38,033 nt of DNA, from NCBI GenBank assembly GCA_964406425.1, contig CAYORQ010000001.1:1-38033 (forward strand). Reading direction: 5' to 3'. Under the pieces are notes generated by a model. It searched no databases. It was not told the origin of the DNA and worked only from the letters and a program-made list of their open reading frames with translations. A program made the translations under genes and the position numbers. Below are positions 36,959 through 38,033 of the stretch, one piece after another. Source of the DNA: an uncultured Candidatus Saccharibacteria bacterium. GTDB lineage: Bacteria; Patescibacteriota; Saccharimonadia; CAILAD01; BJGX01. Within the stretch, counting starts at the first letter, position 1; every line of letters begins with the position of its first letter.

Positions 36959-37549
36959 TTACTTTTTTTCGACAACCTTGTCGACTATGCCGTAGCTCTT
37001 GGCTTCGATGGCATCCATCCAGAAGTCGCGGTCACTGTCAGAATTGATTTTATCAACCTTTTGGCCAGTCTTTTCGGCTAGGATAAGATTGAGTTTTTCG
37101 CGAATTTTGATTATCTCTTTGGCAGTAATCTCGATATCTGAGGCTGTGCCCTGAAAGCCACCTGAGGGCTGGTGTATCATGACCCGAGAGTTGGGCAGCA
37201 CAAATCTTTTGCCTTTTTCGCCGCAAGCCAGCAGAAAAGCTCCCATACTAGCAGCCATTCCAACACAAATTGTACTGACATGGGGCTTAATTAGTTCCAT
37301 GGTGTCGTATATCGCCAAGCCTGAAGTTACGCTACCGCCTGGCGAATTGATATAAAGTTTGATATCGGCATGTTTGTCTTCGCTTTCTAAAAATAACAGT
37401 TGGGCGATAATTAGGTTTGCAACGGTATCATCTACCTCGGTACCTAAAAATACAATTCTCTCCTTAAGAAGCCTAGAGTATATATCGTAGGCTCGTTCGC
37501 CAGCGCTGGTTTTTTCGATAACTGTAGGGATAAGTATTTGATTATTCAT
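36959..37549 (-). CDS. clpP: ATP-dependent Clp protease proteolytic subunit
   Basis: 196 aa. Catalytic Ser (GMAASMG), His (MIHQPSGG) and Asp (DRDFWM) contexts. Confidence 0.98.
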   Translation of the reverse strand: MNNQILIPTVIEKTSAGERAYDIYSRLLKERIVFLGTEVDDTVANLIIAQLLFLESEDKHADIKLYINSPGGSVTSGLAIYDTMELIKPHVSTICVGMAASMGAFLLACGEKGKRFVLPNSRVMIHQPSGGFQGTASDIEITAKEIIKIREKLNLILAEKTGQKVDKINSDSDRDFWMDAIEAKSYGIVDKVVEKK

Positions 37550-37571
37550 AATATAACTATTTTAGCACAGC

Positions 37572-38033
37572 TTAGGCGCTAGCGAACTTTGTTAGCTGGG
37601 CAATTGCTTTTTGGGTTAGCAGGTGGTTATTGAGGTCTTCGCGGAAATGGCCATGGGTTAGCTCTTCTTGGATTTTAGGGTCGCTCTTATATTGCTCGGC
37701 CATCTTGGCAAGTTCTTGGTCGATCTCTAGCTCTGAGACAGTTAGCTTGTAGCGCCTAATGACATCGCGCAATAAAAGTGCCGCCCGAACTCTCTTGTCG
37801 GCTTCAGCCCGAACTTCGGCTTTGAGGTCATCTTCGGTGCGTCTTTGAATCTCGAGGTATTTTTTACGATCCATACCAGAGTTTTCGAGGTTTTTGTCCA
37901 TCTCAGCCTCTAACTGCTGAACCTGCTGATCGATAAGCTGAGCTGGGGCGTCGAATTTGGCCTTTTTTAATAGCTCGTCTAGAATCTGATTTTCGTAGTC
38001 TTTGTTGTTTTGCTCTTGAGACTGTTCGGCAAG
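37572..38033 (-). CDS. tig: Trigger factor, C-terminal 153 aa (5' end lies beyond the window)
   Basis: Hand translation shows the frame is open from 38033 down to the stop at 37572 (LAEQSQEQNNKDYENQILDELLKKAKFDAPAQLIDQQVQQLEAEMDKNL...), so the track's Met at 37901 is internal. Helical Lys/Glu-rich C-terminal domain and the conserved tig-clpP order. Confidence 0.8.
   Translation of the reverse strand, partial: LAEQSQEQNNKDYENQILDELLKKAKFDAPAQLIDQQVQQLEAEMDKNLENSGMDRKKYLEIQRRTEDDLKAEVRAEADKRVRAALLLRDVIRRYKLTVSELEIDQELAKMAEQYKSDPKIQEELTHGHFREDLNNHLLTQKAIAQLTKFASA

Overview
Nearly the whole window (4047-38033) is one minus-strand block of core transcription and translation genes. In transcription order: tig (partial)-clpP | rpoB-rpoC-rpsL-rpsG | fusA | tuf-rpsJ | ABC-F ATPase + small membrane protein | rplC-rplD-rplW-rplB-rpsS-rplV-rpsC-rplP-rpmC-rpsQ-rplN-rplX-rplE-rpsN-rpsH-rplF-rplR-rpsE-rplO-secY | infA-rpmJ-rpsM-rpsK-rpsD-rpoA-rplQ-rplM-rpsI. 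Downstream follow an RCK-domain membrane protein, an RluA-type pseudouridine synthase, a holB-like clamp-loader subunit, a TPR protein, a tRNA Thr-Tyr-Thr cluster and a PspC-domain protein. The left 4 kb holds a partial membrane-anchored surface protein, an orphan polytopic histidine kinase, a multi-pass membrane protein that overlaps it convergently, and a DUF422/CruF-like membrane protein. Several traits fit a small-genome bacterium, plausibly Patescibacteria/CPR (Saccharibacteria-like): no L30 gene, no adk/map after secY, many 1-4 nt gene overlaps, Lys-rich r-protein tails and the standard genetic code. I cannot verify that placement without a database search. I hand-called three tRNAs, rpmJ (TTG start, absent from the ORF track), both edge-truncated genes, four intrinsic terminators and several sigma70-like promoters. 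I found no CRISPR array, mobile element or convincing new multi-gene (e.g. defence) system. The notable observations concern operon architecture and regulation: the S10 operon is split by an ABC-F gene, there is a 387-bp unexplained rpsG-fusA spacer, and an anti-SD inverted repeat sits upstream of tuf. A few protein-level oddities also stand out: an RCK channel with no K+ filter, EF-Tu Cys-to-Met, and a CruF-like protein.
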